DNA of 63,599 nucleotides, filler included, from Anaerolineae bacterium (GCA_029262755.1; 7 parts of 7 records of this genome joined end to end with filler, not necessarily neighbours in it); one strand, 5' to 3'. Counted from the first letter of the whole stretch, positions 28,501-39,120 are shown. Made by a program: numbers and translations. The notes: generated by a model from the letters alone, not told the origin.

Positions 28501-28732
28501 TCAAGGCGAGCCCAACCTCGTAGCCGCCCTGCTTATCGTGAATCGAGAGAATATCGTACTGGCCGTTTGCGACGTCCCGCAGTCCGGCCTCGTCGACGGC
28601 GATCATGTAGGCATCGATGCCGCCGGCGCCTAACTGGGAATCCGCGCTCGCGCCGCGCACGAAGGCCGGCGCGATGAGCGTGAGAAACAGCAAAGCGACG
28701 ATGGAACGTCGCAGCAAGAGGCGACCGATCAT
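25520..28732 (-). CDS. Secreted M14 zinc carboxypeptidase with accessory domains and C-terminal IYLPLAHR motif
   Basis: Motifs QHAREW (HxxE), ANPDGY, WRKN, GVDPNRNF and LNFHS. Signal peptide. GAGGAG RBS before ATG 28732. Confidence 0.9.
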   Translation of the reverse strand: MIGRLLLRRSIVALLFLTLIAPAFVRGASADSQLGAGGIDAYMIAVDEAGLRDVANGQYDILSIHDKQGGYEVGLALNAEEAAELGLQGRTPRLWRDPATGMTYSHTADVALQEGFNVWRSYDEEGGIRDELEQTVLDHPDIIERVVIGTTHQDREILALRVTRDANNVEQGTRPAALYNSLQHAREWIAVEVNRRLLHHILDNDGVDEEITAMIDTTEMWFVVVANPDGYEHTFTENNRLWRKNLRDNDDDGEITAEDGVDPNRNFSSRWNYDTAGSSGNNRSATYRGPGPGSEPMVAALENLLQRIDIGLMLNFHSAAELILWPDGWQDETRTADDAIYSALAGDFFDPAVEGFEPMLSAGLYITNGETCDYAHAKAGTLCYTPELSTPPQGSVEPGTSGFEFPDNEELIQEEFERNLPFALSIARSTADPTNPISAIGRTIEGIYVDEFTWSYGDPQPVQATALRRLGEITMYYQINDGPTYRQTTSEWEGGERYGADGDVHFRRVRGLVVGADPGDEVTVWFEGEGEPELGAGTGSMPAVASAPFTYEQVSDNGHRVLVVAAEDYTGIDPDHSGVDAPPHLAAYEQALSAADLGYDVYDVDARDRMSPSPLGILSHYDAVIWYTGDDRAMRDEGMMDGTVSLAARDIQLAMRDYLNEGGSLWHLGQYAGRPYASSFEFDPFSNDPCDRQTSADGCETLKYDFFRYYLGAWNYNEAVGVGGAEIVGKEAPFADLRITLGGDSVTAADRGVVYQPTSEQMPAEEYPLFVAAPSAAWEGGGFKPLSGDGVLYSGETSSEYQRVGRTLDLSAATDAKLEFGILRQARLRFDALIVEARTIGEEDWTTLPDTNGHNNQADALSCWSATWFDFFPQIAHYMTPDDTTPSGCRPDGTSGAWWAATGGSEGWEEWSIDLSAYAGKQVELYVTYLSSVRAVTGVFLDDMRVEVDGATLDLADFETDLGAWEVSGLPVVVEGEPTEPEAQFVLAGADVFPELEGNAILSTEHSVLMGFGLEAVADEDQREELLRATLMHFGIDPSNPPDPKEDPPMPPLADGPSMSPTIYLPLAHR

Positions 28733-28917
28733 GGGCAGGACTCTCCTCGACCAAATTGGTCGGTGACACGTGGGCGCATGGGGATCAAGCCCGGGCGATA
28801 TGCCGGGGCCGGCTACTGTGTCATAGCGTTGTTGGGGGCGCAACCGTGACCACGCGCGACGATTCTCACGTCAACGGGGCCGGGTCGCGCGGGTCCCCAC
28901 GCACCGTTCGCGTGCGC

Positions 28918-29992
28918 CTAGCTCGCCGAATCGCCCTGTGCATCCGCATAGAATGCGGGCAGGCTCATCGTAAACGCAGCGCCTTGACCCGAATCGCTCT
29001 CGAGCGTGACACGCCCACCGTGCCGTTCGACGATGGCACGGACGAGGCTAAGGCCGAGACCCGAGCCCTCGCCGGCGCCCAGCTGCACGAATGGCTGGAA
29101 GCTGCGCTCATGATCGACACCAGGGATCCCGGGCCCGTCGTCCGCGACCACGACTGCATGCTCGCTGCCGCCCGATTCCAACCGGACCTCGATGGTCGAG
29201 CCCGATGGTGTGTGCGCCAACGCGTTGCCGATCAGGTTGGCCAGCACCTCGCGCAACAGCATCGGATCTCCTTGCACGATCGTCGGCCCGGTTGCCGGCT
29301 TCACGACCAGCACGTGGCTGTCCCGCGCTCCAAATTCAAGGGCGGGCACCACCTGTGCCGCAACATCGGCTAGATCGACCGGTTCCCCCGCGATCTCTCC
29401 GTCCTCGGTCAAGCGGGCGTAGTCGAGCACATCGCCGATCAAGCGTTGCATGTGGGCCATCGCGCGCCAGATCTGGCTCAAGCAATCTCGTGAATCGTGC
29501 GACGGCTCGTCCAGCTCTCCCTCGAGCAGCTCGAGATGGGCCATCATCGTCGAAAGTGGGGCGCGCAGATCGTGGGCCGCAAGCCGCATCATGGTCTCGC
29601 GAAACTCCGAGATCTGGCGCAAGGCATGCATCTGCCGCGCATTGCGGATCGCCACGCTCGCCACGCTGGCAAGGCCCTGCATCAAGGGCAGCTCGCCATC
29701 GACGAAATCTTTGTGGTCCGTGCACAGCGCATAGAGCACGCCGAGGGCTTGCCCCTCGTGTACCACCGGGACACCCGCATACGACGCGATCCCACTCTCG
29801 CTCAGCATGCGGTTCGGCGTGAACGGATCGTTCGCGACGTCCGCCACGATCACGGGCTCGACGTTATCGATGATCCACCGCGATGCGCCGCCGCTACGGC
29901 GAACCCTGCGGGCGGCACGCGATCCAACGCGCGTGGTCGAGGCGGCCGTCTCAAACGTCTGCTGGCGCGCGACCCACATGAGGATGCTCGCG
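28918..29992 (-). CDS. GAF-domain sensor histidine kinase (5' truncated)
   Basis: GAF region (SYAGVPV..EG..LGVL), H-box AAHDLRAPL, N-box NLIGNA, D-box DDGPGI and G-box GSGLGL. Confidence 0.9.
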
Positions 29993-30092
29993 NNNNNNNN
30001 NNNNNNNNNNNNNNNNNNNNNNNNNNNNNNNNNNNNTTAATTAATTAANNNNNNNNNNNNNNNNNNNNNNNNNNNNNNNNNNNNNNNNNNNN
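29993..30092. other. Artificial contig linker
   Basis: N44-TTAATTAATTAA-N44. Confidence 0.99.
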
Positions 30093-30093
30093 C

Positions 30094-30426
30094 AGCCGCA
30101 TGGCCGAGACGGGTCTGCGTATCAACGAGTTGGTCACGGAGCGACAGACACTACTGCAAGATCGTGCCGCGGCGCGCTTGCGCCACGCCGCGGCCACCAA
30201 CCCGCGACTCCTTGCTTCGAAGGCGCGCGCGATGGGCTTCGATCATGCGCAGCAGGTCGAGTCCATGACCGTCCGTTTCCCGCATAGCGATGACGCCGTA
30301 GCCGGGGTCCATGACAACGACGCGCTCTCGCTCGCCGTCCGTCCCGAGGAGATCCCGGAGCCGTCTGCAAACCGTTCCGACGCATGGCCACGTTTGTCGC
30401 TACCGGGAAGGGTCGTACAGCCATGA
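30094..30426 (+). CDS. ftsL: FtsL-like cell division protein (5' truncated)
   Basis: Coiled coil ending ..LASKARAMGF. ATGA-coupled to a class B PBP. Confidence 0.6.
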   Translation, partial: SRMAETGLRINELVTERQTLLQDRAAARLRHAAATNPRLLASKARAMGFDHAQQVESMTVRFPHSDDAVAGVHDNDALSLAVRPEEIPEPSANRSDAWPRLSLPGRVVQP

Positions 30427-32165
30427 CCCGGCATGTCCCAACGTTTCCGCGCATCGCGTGGCTTTGTTCGGTTCTGGCGATGGTCCTCGGCATCGTGGCG
30501 GGCCGCGTCACGTGGCTTGCGCTGGTCGAGCCCGCACGGACGGCCTTGGCGTTTGACGTCGGTGAGATTGCGGCGCAACGCGGCTCCATCTGGGACCGCG
30601 ATGGCGCGCTGCTGGCAACCGAGACCTACGATCGCTTCGAGATCGTGTTGGACACCGCGCTTATCGAAGACGCAGCGGCGCTGGCAGCGACGCTCGGCCC
30701 CATCCTCGGTGAAGACCCACTCGCGCTTGCGCGGCGCATAGAAGCGGGTGGTCGTTGGCAGTCCCTAGATCCCTTTGCGCTCCCGGAGACGGCGGAGGCG
30801 GTGCGGGCGATCGGCGACCCGGCGCTCGCCGCGATCCGGAACGCAAGCCGCCAATACCCCGCGCAGGACAGCACGGGTCACATCACGGGCTTCGTCGACC
30901 TCAACGGTACCGGTCACTATGGGATTGAAGGGGCATTCGACGCGCAGCTGCGCGGCCTTCCCGGCCGACGACCCGGTGTATATCGCACCGACCCGAGCGC
31001 GTTCATCATGCCGGCGGACGGGCGCGACATCGTCCTCACGATCGATCTCGACCTTCAAATGGCAGCCATGGAGGTCCTGCGCGAGGTCATCGACGACGAG
31101 TCGGCCACCGGCGGCACCATCGTGGCGATGGATCCGCGCAACGGCGACGTGCTCGCCGCGGCGAGCTGGCCAGGCTTCGATCCGAATCGTTTCCAAGAGT
31201 ACGAGTTCGATCGCTACAACGATCCCGTCGTGCGTGGCAGTTATCCGCCGGGCAGCGTGATCAAGCCGTTGACGCTTGCGGCGGCCATCGACGCAGGTCT
31301 GCTCGGCCCGGACTCTACCTATGAAGACACCGCGAGCGTGCGTTTCGGCGGCATTACGGTGCCGAATCCGGATCGCTTCGGCCACGGACGTGTCACGATG
31401 TCGGAGATGCTGCGGCTGAGCCTCAACGTCGGCGCCGTCCACGTTGCCCGCACGCTCGGTTCGCAGCGCTTCTATGCGGCACTGGGCAGCTTCGGCTTCG
31501 GCGAGCCGAGCGGCATCTCGCTGGAAGGCGAAATCGGCGGGCTCGTGCATTGGCCCGGCGAGGCGACATGGAGTGAAGAGATCTTCGCGTTCAACAGCTA
31601 CGGTCAGGCCCTCGACGCTACGCCGCTGCAGGTCACGGCAGCCATGGCCGCCATCGCCAACGACGGACGGTTGCCCTCGCCTCGGATCGTAGCGGCGACG
31701 ATCCCCTCGCACGGTGCGCCGGAACCGCGGCAGGCGGCCGACGCCGTAGCGGTCGTGTCGCCCGCGACGGCCCGGACCGTGCGGCGGATGATGACCGCGG
31801 TGGTGGATGACCGCGTGACGGCCGCGGCCCTGCCGGGGTATCGGGTTGCCGGCAAGACAGGGACATCCGAGATTCCGGGCTCCGGCGAAGGCGGCAAGGA
31901 CTTGATCGCCTCGTTCTGCGGCATGCTGCCCGCTGCCAACCCAAGCCTCGTGGTCTGCGTGAAGGTCGATCGTCCGGAAGGAGGTCGAGGCAGCCGCGTC
32001 GCCGCGCCGGCATTCCGTGATTTCGCGGCGCAGGCGGTTGTCCTTCTCGACATCCCGCCGGACGATGCCGCTGCGTGGCAGGATGCGCGCGATGGCTTCC
32101 TCGATAGCGGGTCGACGTCCCTGGGCACTGCGGACCGTGGGCTCGTAGAGGTCGTAGCGCCGTGA
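30423..32165 (+). CDS. ftsI: Class B penicillin-binding protein (FtsI/PBP2-3 family)
   Basis: N-terminal TM, RGSIWDRDG and LTIDLDLQ. Active-site motifs SVIK (SxxK), SLN (SxN) and KTG. Confidence 0.88.
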   Translation: MTRHVPTFPRIAWLCSVLAMVLGIVAGRVTWLALVEPARTALAFDVGEIAAQRGSIWDRDGALLATETYDRFEIVLDTALIEDAAALAATLGPILGEDPLALARRIEAGGRWQSLDPFALPETAEAVRAIGDPALAAIRNASRQYPAQDSTGHITGFVDLNGTGHYGIEGAFDAQLRGLPGRRPGVYRTDPSAFIMPADGRDIVLTIDLDLQMAAMEVLREVIDDESATGGTIVAMDPRNGDVLAAASWPGFDPNRFQEYEFDRYNDPVVRGSYPPGSVIKPLTLAAAIDAGLLGPDSTYEDTASVRFGGITVPNPDRFGHGRVTMSEMLRLSLNVGAVHVARTLGSQRFYAALGSFGFGEPSGISLEGEIGGLVHWPGEATWSEEIFAFNSYGQALDATPLQVTAAMAAIANDGRLPSPRIVAATIPSHGAPEPRQAADAVAVVSPATARTVRRMMTAVVDDRVTAAALPGYRVAGKTGTSEIPGSGEGGKDLIASFCGMLPAANPSLVVCVKVDRPEGGRGSRVAAPAFRDFAAQAVVLLDIPPDDAAAWQDARDGFLDSGSTSLGTADRGLVEVVAP

Positions 32166-33208
32166 TCACACTACCTCTTGGAGCCGCAGGCTTTGGATTG
32201 GTGATCGCGCTCGCGTTCGTTGCGACAGCGCTGGTCACCCATCCCCTCAAATCCTGGCTGGCACGCAATCAATTCGGCAAGGTGGTTCGCGAAGACGGCC
32301 CGGATCACGCCGCCAAAGCGGGCACGCCTACGATGGGCGGAATTGGCTTGCTCCTCGTGTTAGTTTCGATCGGACTCCTACTGGCAACGCAAGTCGGCGG
32401 TGACCGCATGCCGCTGCTGGTGCTCGCGCTCGTCGCCTTCGGCGTGCTTGGCGGGCTGGACGATTGGGCCGGTCTGGCCCGCAAGGGTCAGGCGCGCGAG
32501 CTTGGCGTCGGCTGGAGTGCGCGGCACATGATCGCCGCGCAAATGCTGATCGCGCTCGCGCTCGCCTGGGGCGCGCGCGGCAGCGCACCCGCATGGACCG
32601 AGCGCCTCATCGAGGTCGCGCCTTGGGCGCCGTGGCACGTGTGGACGCCCGCCGCGTTCGTTGGACAATACGGCACCTTCGCGTGGCTTGTGGTCGGCAG
32701 CCTCGTCATCGTCGCCACGGTGAACGGGGTCAATTTGTCCGACGGTCTCGACGGGCTTGCCGCGGGTCTTGTCGCCTTGGCCTTCGCCGGCTTCGCTCTT
32801 GTCCTCGGGCGGGTCGCCGGGGCTGCGCCCGAAGCGCTCTTTGGCGCGGCGGTCGCAGCCGCGTGCGTTGGATTTCTGGTCCACAACCGCCATCCGGCAA
32901 GCGTGTTCATGGGCAACACAACGTCCATGGCGCTCGGTGGCGTGCTCGCCGTGTTGGCGCTGGTCACGGGGTTCTGGCCCTTGCTGCCCGTCATTGGTGC
33001 TGTGTTCGTGATCGAGATCCTCTCCGATGTCGTACAAGTCGGATACTTCAAGTACAGCGGTGGCACGCGCCTCTTGCGTTGTGCGCCGATTCATCACCAC
33101 TTTGAGATGGGTGGCTGGCCGGAGACGCGGGTTGTTCGCCGCTTTTGGCTGGCCGGCTTCACAGCCGCCGCGCTAGGCGTCGGCCTTTCTCTGCTCGGTG
33201 TCGGCTGA
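32162..33208 (+). CDS. mraY: Phospho-N-acetylmuramoyl-pentapeptide transferase
   Basis: Motifs KAGTPTMGG, GLDD, NGVNLSDGLDGL, VFMGN and APIHHHFE. Confidence 0.95.
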   Translation: MITLPLGAAGFGLVIALAFVATALVTHPLKSWLARNQFGKVVREDGPDHAAKAGTPTMGGIGLLLVLVSIGLLLATQVGGDRMPLLVLALVAFGVLGGLDDWAGLARKGQARELGVGWSARHMIAAQMLIALALAWGARGSAPAWTERLIEVAPWAPWHVWTPAAFVGQYGTFAWLVVGSLVIVATVNGVNLSDGLDGLAAGLVALAFAGFALVLGRVAGAAPEALFGAAVAAACVGFLVHNRHPASVFMGNTTSMALGGVLAVLALVTGFWPLLPVIGAVFVIEILSDVVQVGYFKYSGGTRLLRCAPIHHHFEMGGWPETRVVRRFWLAGFTAAALGVGLSLLGVG

Positions 33209-33233
33209 TGCGTACCCGAAAGGACAACATGCC

Positions 33234-33449
33234 ATGACCATCGACGTGAGTTGGATGACCAAGCGCGCGGCGCATGCCGTTGGTGTCGTGGCGCGCCATG
33301 AAGGCGTGACGTGGAGCTTCGTGCCGGCCACGGAGCTCGACGTCGCGCACGCGGCCGTGCCCCGGACCGATGGCGGGCTTGTGCTGCTGGCGGGCGGCTC
33401 GATGGTCCTTGATTCGGCTGCGCTCGAGACGTGGGCGCGGCGCGTGATC
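33234..33449 (+). CDS. Hypothetical protein (3' truncated)
   Basis: AAGGA RBS. ORF stays open to the contig end. No recognisable motif. Confidence 0.5.
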
Positions 33450-33549
33450 NNNNNNNNNNNNNNNNNNNNNNNNNNNNNNNNNNNNNNNNNNNNTTAATTA
33501 ATTAANNNNNNNNNNNNNNNNNNNNNNNNNNNNNNNNNNNNNNNNNNNN
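33450..33549. other. Artificial contig linker
   Basis: N44-TTAATTAATTAA-N44. Confidence 0.99.
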
Positions 33550-36500
33550 GTCGGCGTCGCCGTGCCCGTCGGCTTCGGGCGGGCCGTCGGGGTCATGGTG
33601 GGCCACGGAGTGGCCGTCGATGTCGGCGTGGCGGTCGCCGGAAGCGCGGTCGTCGGCTGGGCCGGCGCGCCGGGGGCGAGGACGATCGCCTCGACGAGGT
33701 ACGTATTGGCGGGATCGTGCACGCCGTTGTAGCCGTACACGTGGACACCGTAGGAGCCGGCAACGGTCGCCACCCACTCCGTGCGCTCGTCCGCCGTACC
33801 CCCCGATGCGCTGGCGGCGACCTGCCGGCCCGCCGGATCGAAGACCGCGATGTCGTAGTCGGCCGGCAAGCGCGTGAGCTCGACGATCAGCCGTTGGCCG
33901 TACGCGACCGGAATCGCGAACCAATCCCGATCGTCGGCATCGCACAGAATGCCCTCCTGGGCGACGGTAGAGTCCAGGGCTGCCGCTTGGGCCTGATTCT
34001 CGTTGGGCTCAAACCATTCTCCGCACAGGGGCGTGCCGGTCGCGGTGATGAACGCGTTGAGCGTGTAGGTGTGTGCGGCGTCGTGGCTACCCGCGTAGCC
34101 GAAGACCTCGACGAAGACATCGCCGTCCACCGTCGCGTTGTGGAACACCTGCTCCGAAGCCGTGCCACCTGCCGCGCTCGAGGCCAGGACCGCGCCCGCA
34201 GCGTCGCGCAGCGTCAGGTCGAGGTCGACCGGCACCAAAAGCGATACCTCGAGCTGATCGCCTGCCACGAGCCCGATGCGGAACCAATCGGTGTCGCTCG
34301 CGTCGCAGATGTACCCGGCCTGGCCGATGCCGCTCTGGATGGGATGCGCGTCGGTCTGCTGGTCGTTGGGCTCGAAGAACTCGCCGCACCCGGTGGGCGA
34401 GGGGGTCGTCGGTTGGGGCGTCGCCCCGACCTGCGGGTTCTGGAAGAGGAGGCTGTATGGCGATGCCGCGTCGTGGGCGCCTTGGTAGCCCCACACGAAC
34501 ACGTAGTAGTCGCCGTCGGCGGTTGCCGGGTAGCGCAGTTCCTCGTCGGCGGCGCCTCCGTTCGCGGAACCCGCGAGCCGCTGCAGATTCGCGTCGAACA
34601 GATCCACCTCGTAGTCGGCAGGCAGGTTGCTCAACCGAAGGTGGATGTCCTGGCCGCTCGTGGCGGAGAGCACGAACCAGTCGACGTCCGTGTCATCGCA
34701 GATGTAGGCCTGCAGGCTTGCTCCGGCACGGAGGCGCGTGGCGCCCTGGTGGCCGTCGTTGGGCTCATAGGCGTCCGGACAGGCGGAGCCCGGGTCCGTG
34801 ACTGCAATCTGGAGCGCGAAGTACTCTGTGGGTGTAAAGGCGCCCTGGTAGCCCCAAATCCGGACGGCATAGTCACCATCCGCGTTGGCGACGAACTGGA
34901 TTTCCTCCGACTGGTTGCCGCTTCGTTGGGAGAGGCCTACCCGGTTGCCGTCCGGGCCGTGCAAGCTCAGCTCGTAGTCGGCAGGCAGATCGCCGGAGGG
35001 TTGTCCCGTGAGCCGCAACGCAATTTCCTGTCCGGCTCGCGCGCTGAAGCGGAACCAGTCTTCGTCCACGGCATCGCACAGTACGCCGAGGTAGGGCACG
35101 GGCGCCGGCGAGACCACGGCCGCGCTCGCGAAGTCCTCGTTGGGCTCGTAGGTGTCACCGCAACGGTTCGCCGGCGCGGTCGTGGACACGAGCACGCTGT
35201 AGCGCTCGGCCGGCCGGAAGTCGCCGTCCCAGCTGTAGACCTCGGCGTAGTAGGGGCCGGTCCCGCCGGCGACGAACGTGACGCGATCGTTCTGCGTGCC
35301 GCCCAGCGCACTGCGGGCCATGAGCTTCGCTTGGGCATCGTAGACGCGAAGATCGTAGTCGATCGGCAGGTCGGAGAGCTCGACCACGACCTCATGGCGC
35401 GGCATGACGGTGAAGCGGAACCAGTCGTGGTCGTCGGCTGCGCAGAGCGCGCCCTGCTTTACGCGTCCCGTCTCAAGCATGGTGGCGCTCTGCCAGGCAT
35501 CGTTGGGCTCGTTGTTGTCGCTGCATGTCGGCTCGCTGTTCACTTCAGCGAAGAGGTAGTAGGGATCGAGCGGATCGCCTGCACAACCGCAGGTGATGTA
35601 GATCTGGTAGATGCCGGTGTCCGGCGCGACGAGGCGCAACTCGTGCACCATGGCCCCCAGGCTTTCCGCGAGCAACCGACCGCTGGGACGGGGCGCGAAC
35701 AAGGCGATACCGGCGTTCACGGGCAGGCTCGAAAGCTCGATGCGTAGATTTTGGCCCGCAGTGGCGTAGAAGGAGTACCAGTCCACGTCCTCTGCGCCCG
35801 GACGCGGGCACAGATAAGCCTCCACCGGTGTGTTGGGCAGGATGGCCGTCGCCGACGTGTAGTACTCGTTCGGCTCATAGGTATCGAGGCACGTTCCCGT
35901 CGGCGCCACGAGATCGACGGCCAGCTTGTATGCGCTGGTACTGCTCGATTCGCCCGCGCGAGCGTAGACGTGGACGGTCCAGGTTCCGGTCTGGTTGGCG
36001 ACGTGCGCGATGTGCTCGGTCCGCTGGTCCTCGCGCGCGCTGACCGCCACGTCGACACCACTGGGATCGTAGAGCTTGATGTCGTAGTTGTGCGGCAACT
36101 GCGAAAGGTAAATCTCGATCTGCTTGCCGGAAGTCGGCACCGAGAACGAGAACCAATCGTGATCCCAGTAGCCCTCGACGGGGCAGATGTAGGCTTGAAT
36201 CGCGGAGCTGGGACCGGGCGTGATCGGCCACGCCGTGCCCAGGCTGTCGTTCGGCTCGTAGCCATCCGAGCAGATCTGCTGCAGCGCCGTCACGTTCGGG
36301 GACGCGTGCACGCGTGCCGGCCGCCCGCTGTCAAACGCTGCGGCGAGCGCGAGCACGGTCGCGAAAGCGAGGAGTAGCCCGCCTCGAGCGGCGCTGCGCG
36401 GAAGGGATCCCTGTGGGGTCGATCGCGCTCCAACGGGAGCGGGCGACGGGGACGGCCACGTGGGCCACGGCAGCGAATGGGTCGGGGACTGGGTCGTTGA

Positions 36501-36554
36501 CGGGGACTGGGACGGGGACGGGGACGTGTTGTGCAGCGCAGTCATGCTGGACAT
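33550..36554 (-). CDS. Large secreted protein with seven tandem PPC-like domains (3' truncated)
   Basis: AAGGAGG RBS. Seven units of C.[DE]..EPN[DE]...C...D.DW[FY]...LP.[DN]Y...Y.V.V. PT-rich linker at the contig end. Confidence 0.88.
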
Positions 36555-36818
36555 AGAAGACCTCCTTGCAGGTCGGTCGCACCGAGCGACGTGACCAGTG
36601 TCCACGGACCTGTCGCCGCACTCTCTCGCCGCGCAACAGCGCTGGCGCAACCCGCGACAAAATCGCGTGACCGCTTGTCGCTAGGTCCTGCGCGGGCGAT
36701 CATCCACCCACGCAAGGCCTCGCGTTGGGGCCGCGCCACACAGCCCACCTTGGCCCACATTCTCGGCCGCACCTCCGGGGGCCGATTCCGTTCTGGGGAG
36801 CACGTCGTGGAGAATTTT

Positions 36819-38099
36819 GTGACCGCCGAAACGCGCAGCCGGGAGCCGATCGCCATCCTCGGCGGCGGCATCGGCGGGCTGGCGCTCGCCGTCGCGTTGC
36901 GCCGACGTGGCATCGCGAGCACGGTGTACGAGCAGGCCCCTGCCCTGGAAGAGGTCGGCGCCGGTCTCTTGCTCACCCCCAACGCGATGGCCGTGCTCGA
37001 CGCGATCGAAATCGGCGCGGCCCTACGCTCGCGCGGGCTCCTCACCCCCAGCTGGGAGATCCTCGCACCGAACGGTCGAACACTGCAGCACGTCGAGCCG
37101 TTTTCACGCGGCCGTCAAGGCCTCAGCATGGCGCGCAGCGACCTCCAACGAGCGCTGGCGGACGCGCTACCTGCGGCGTCCATCGTCCTCGACCGCCGCG
37201 CGACCGCCGTGCGCCTAACGCCGCACGGCGTCCACGTCGACTTCGCGCCGACGACCGACCTCGACACGGCCCCGCCCTCTCTGGAAGTACCGTGCCTGGT
37301 GGCGGCGGACGGCGCACGTTCCGTGGCGCGCGCCCTCGTCGCGCCCGGCCGGACGTTGCGCGGCCGCGGCTACGTTGGCTGGCGCGCGCTGGTGGACGGC
37401 GTGCCCGCCGGCTGGGAGGACGGCCGTGTCACGGAGACCTGGGGCGCCGGCTGCCGCTTCGGCATTGCGGCCGTGGGCGGCGACCGAACGTATTGGTATG
37501 CGAGCATGAACCGCAGGCCGAGCGTGGGTCCGCACCCGAGCGACGGCGATCGCCGAGTGGACGCCAACGGCGAGCCGGGATTCGATACGGGATTCACGAG
37601 GGAGCGCGATCGCGACCGCGACCTGGACCAAGACCAGGACCGCGACAGACGGCTGCTCCTAACGCGCTTCGGCGATTGGCATGCGCCTGTTCCGGAGCTC
37701 TTGCGCGCCACACCACCCGGCGGTCTTCTGCGACACGGTATCGCCGACGCGCGCCCGGCCTGGCGCTGGTCGCTGGGCGGCCGCTTGGCGCTCCTGGGCG
37801 ACGCGGCCCACCCGTTGACCCCCAACCTTGGCCAAGGTGCGGCCATGGCGCTCGAAGACGCGTGGGCGCTTGCGCGCGCACTGGGCGAAGAGAGCACGGT
37901 GGAAGCGGCATTTCGGCGCTACGCGCGCGAACGGCGCGGCCGACTCGCGCTGGTTTGGGCGCTCTCGCGGGGTTTGGGCGGGATCATCCAATGGGAGGGA
38001 TCGGCCCCCGTTTCCCTGCGCGACCGCATGATGGCCGCGGCGCCGGATGCGGTTAGCAGTGCAGCGCTCGCCCGCCTATTCCACTACCATGCGAAATAA
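36819..38099 (+). CDS. FAD-dependent monooxygenase (UbiH/salicylate hydroxylase-like)
   Basis: GGGIGG Rossmann motif, VYEQAP, ADGARS and LLGDAAHPLTPNLGQGAAMALEDA. Start is 36807 or 36819. Confidence 0.9.
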   Translation: MTAETRSREPIAILGGGIGGLALAVALRRRGIASTVYEQAPALEEVGAGLLLTPNAMAVLDAIEIGAALRSRGLLTPSWEILAPNGRTLQHVEPFSRGRQGLSMARSDLQRALADALPAASIVLDRRATAVRLTPHGVHVDFAPTTDLDTAPPSLEVPCLVAADGARSVARALVAPGRTLRGRGYVGWRALVDGVPAGWEDGRVTETWGAGCRFGIAAVGGDRTYWYASMNRRPSVGPHPSDGDRRVDANGEPGFDTGFTRERDRDRDLDQDQDRDRRLLLTRFGDWHAPVPELLRATPPGGLLRHGIADARPAWRWSLGGRLALLGDAAHPLTPNLGQGAAMALEDAWALARALGEESTVEAAFRRYARERRGRLALVWALSRGLGGIIQWEGSAPVSLRDRMMAAAPDAVSSAALARLFHYHAK

Positions 38100-38148
38100 G
38101 GTAGCATGTTGCTATGACAGGAGCGGGCGCAGCGGGAGGATGAGCGAC

Positions 38149-39120
38149 ATGAGCAACCGGGGACAGCAAGCGCAGCCGTCATCGAACGGGACCACCGCTT
38201 CGGATCCTGTTCGCGGCACGCCCGTGCTCGGCGAGGCGATAACCATCGCACCAACCTCCACCCGAGCGGGATCGACCGGCGCCCCTACGTTCGAGCGTCC
38301 AACGCTTGCGGACCTCGGACACGACCTGTTGGAGGTCTCCGCGGTCGAGCGCTTCGTCTCGCTCGGATTGCCCTTCCTCTGCGTAGCAGGCTTCTTTGCC
38401 GCCGGCGCGCGCGGTTGGTGGTGGGCGGCGCTGGTCTTTGTGATCGTGCAGAGCTTCGCGACCTACGCCTCGGTCAGCCACGACCTGGTACACGGAAACC
38501 TCGGCCTCCATCGTCGCGCGAACGAGACGCTGTTGGCCGTGATCGAGTTGCTCGCGCTTCGCAGCGGCCATGCATACCGGCTGGCGCACCTCCATCATCA
38601 CAAGGCCTTCCCCGCGCCGGACGATATCGAGGGTCGCGCCTCGGGCATGCCCCTGTGGCGCGCACTGTTGGATGGTCTCTTCGCCCAACCGCGCCAATGG
38701 TGGTGGGCCTTGCAGCGCTCCCACGGCGTAGCTCGGCGGTGGATCATCGCGGAGGGCACCGGCGTGCTCGTCCTGGTGGCCGCCTGTGTGTCTGCCCTGC
38801 CGTGGACCCCCGTCCCGGCCGCCTATGCGGCGCTGACCATCGCGGGCAGTTGGATCTATCCGGTGATGACCAGCTGGATGGTGCACGATCCCGAAGGGGA
38901 GGACGATCTGCATCAGACCCGGTTGTTCCGCGGCCGGATCGCGTCCGTGCTCGCCTTCGAGCACCTCTACCACCTGGAGCACCATCTCTATCCGCGCGTC
39001 CCGCATCAACGCTGGCCGCTGTTGGCGCGTCGGTTGGACCCGCTCTTCGCGCGCGCCGGCCTACGACCGATCGTGCTCGGCCGCTGGACGCGCGGCGCAT
39101 TACCGGGGGCCAAAGAGTAA
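38149..39120 (+). CDS. Membrane fatty acid desaturase/hydroxylase family protein
   Basis: Three His boxes (HDLVH, HLHHH, HLEHH) with TM pairs. GGGAGG RBS. Confidence 0.85.
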   Translation: MSNRGQQAQPSSNGTTASDPVRGTPVLGEAITIAPTSTRAGSTGAPTFERPTLADLGHDLLEVSAVERFVSLGLPFLCVAGFFAAGARGWWWAALVFVIVQSFATYASVSHDLVHGNLGLHRRANETLLAVIELLALRSGHAYRLAHLHHHKAFPAPDDIEGRASGMPLWRALLDGLFAQPRQWWWALQRSHGVARRWIIAEGTGVLVLVAACVSALPWTPVPAAYAALTIAGSWIYPVMTSWMVHDPEGEDDLHQTRLFRGRIASVLAFEHLYHLEHHLYPRVPHQRWPLLARRLDPLFARAGLRPIVLGRWTRGALPGAKE

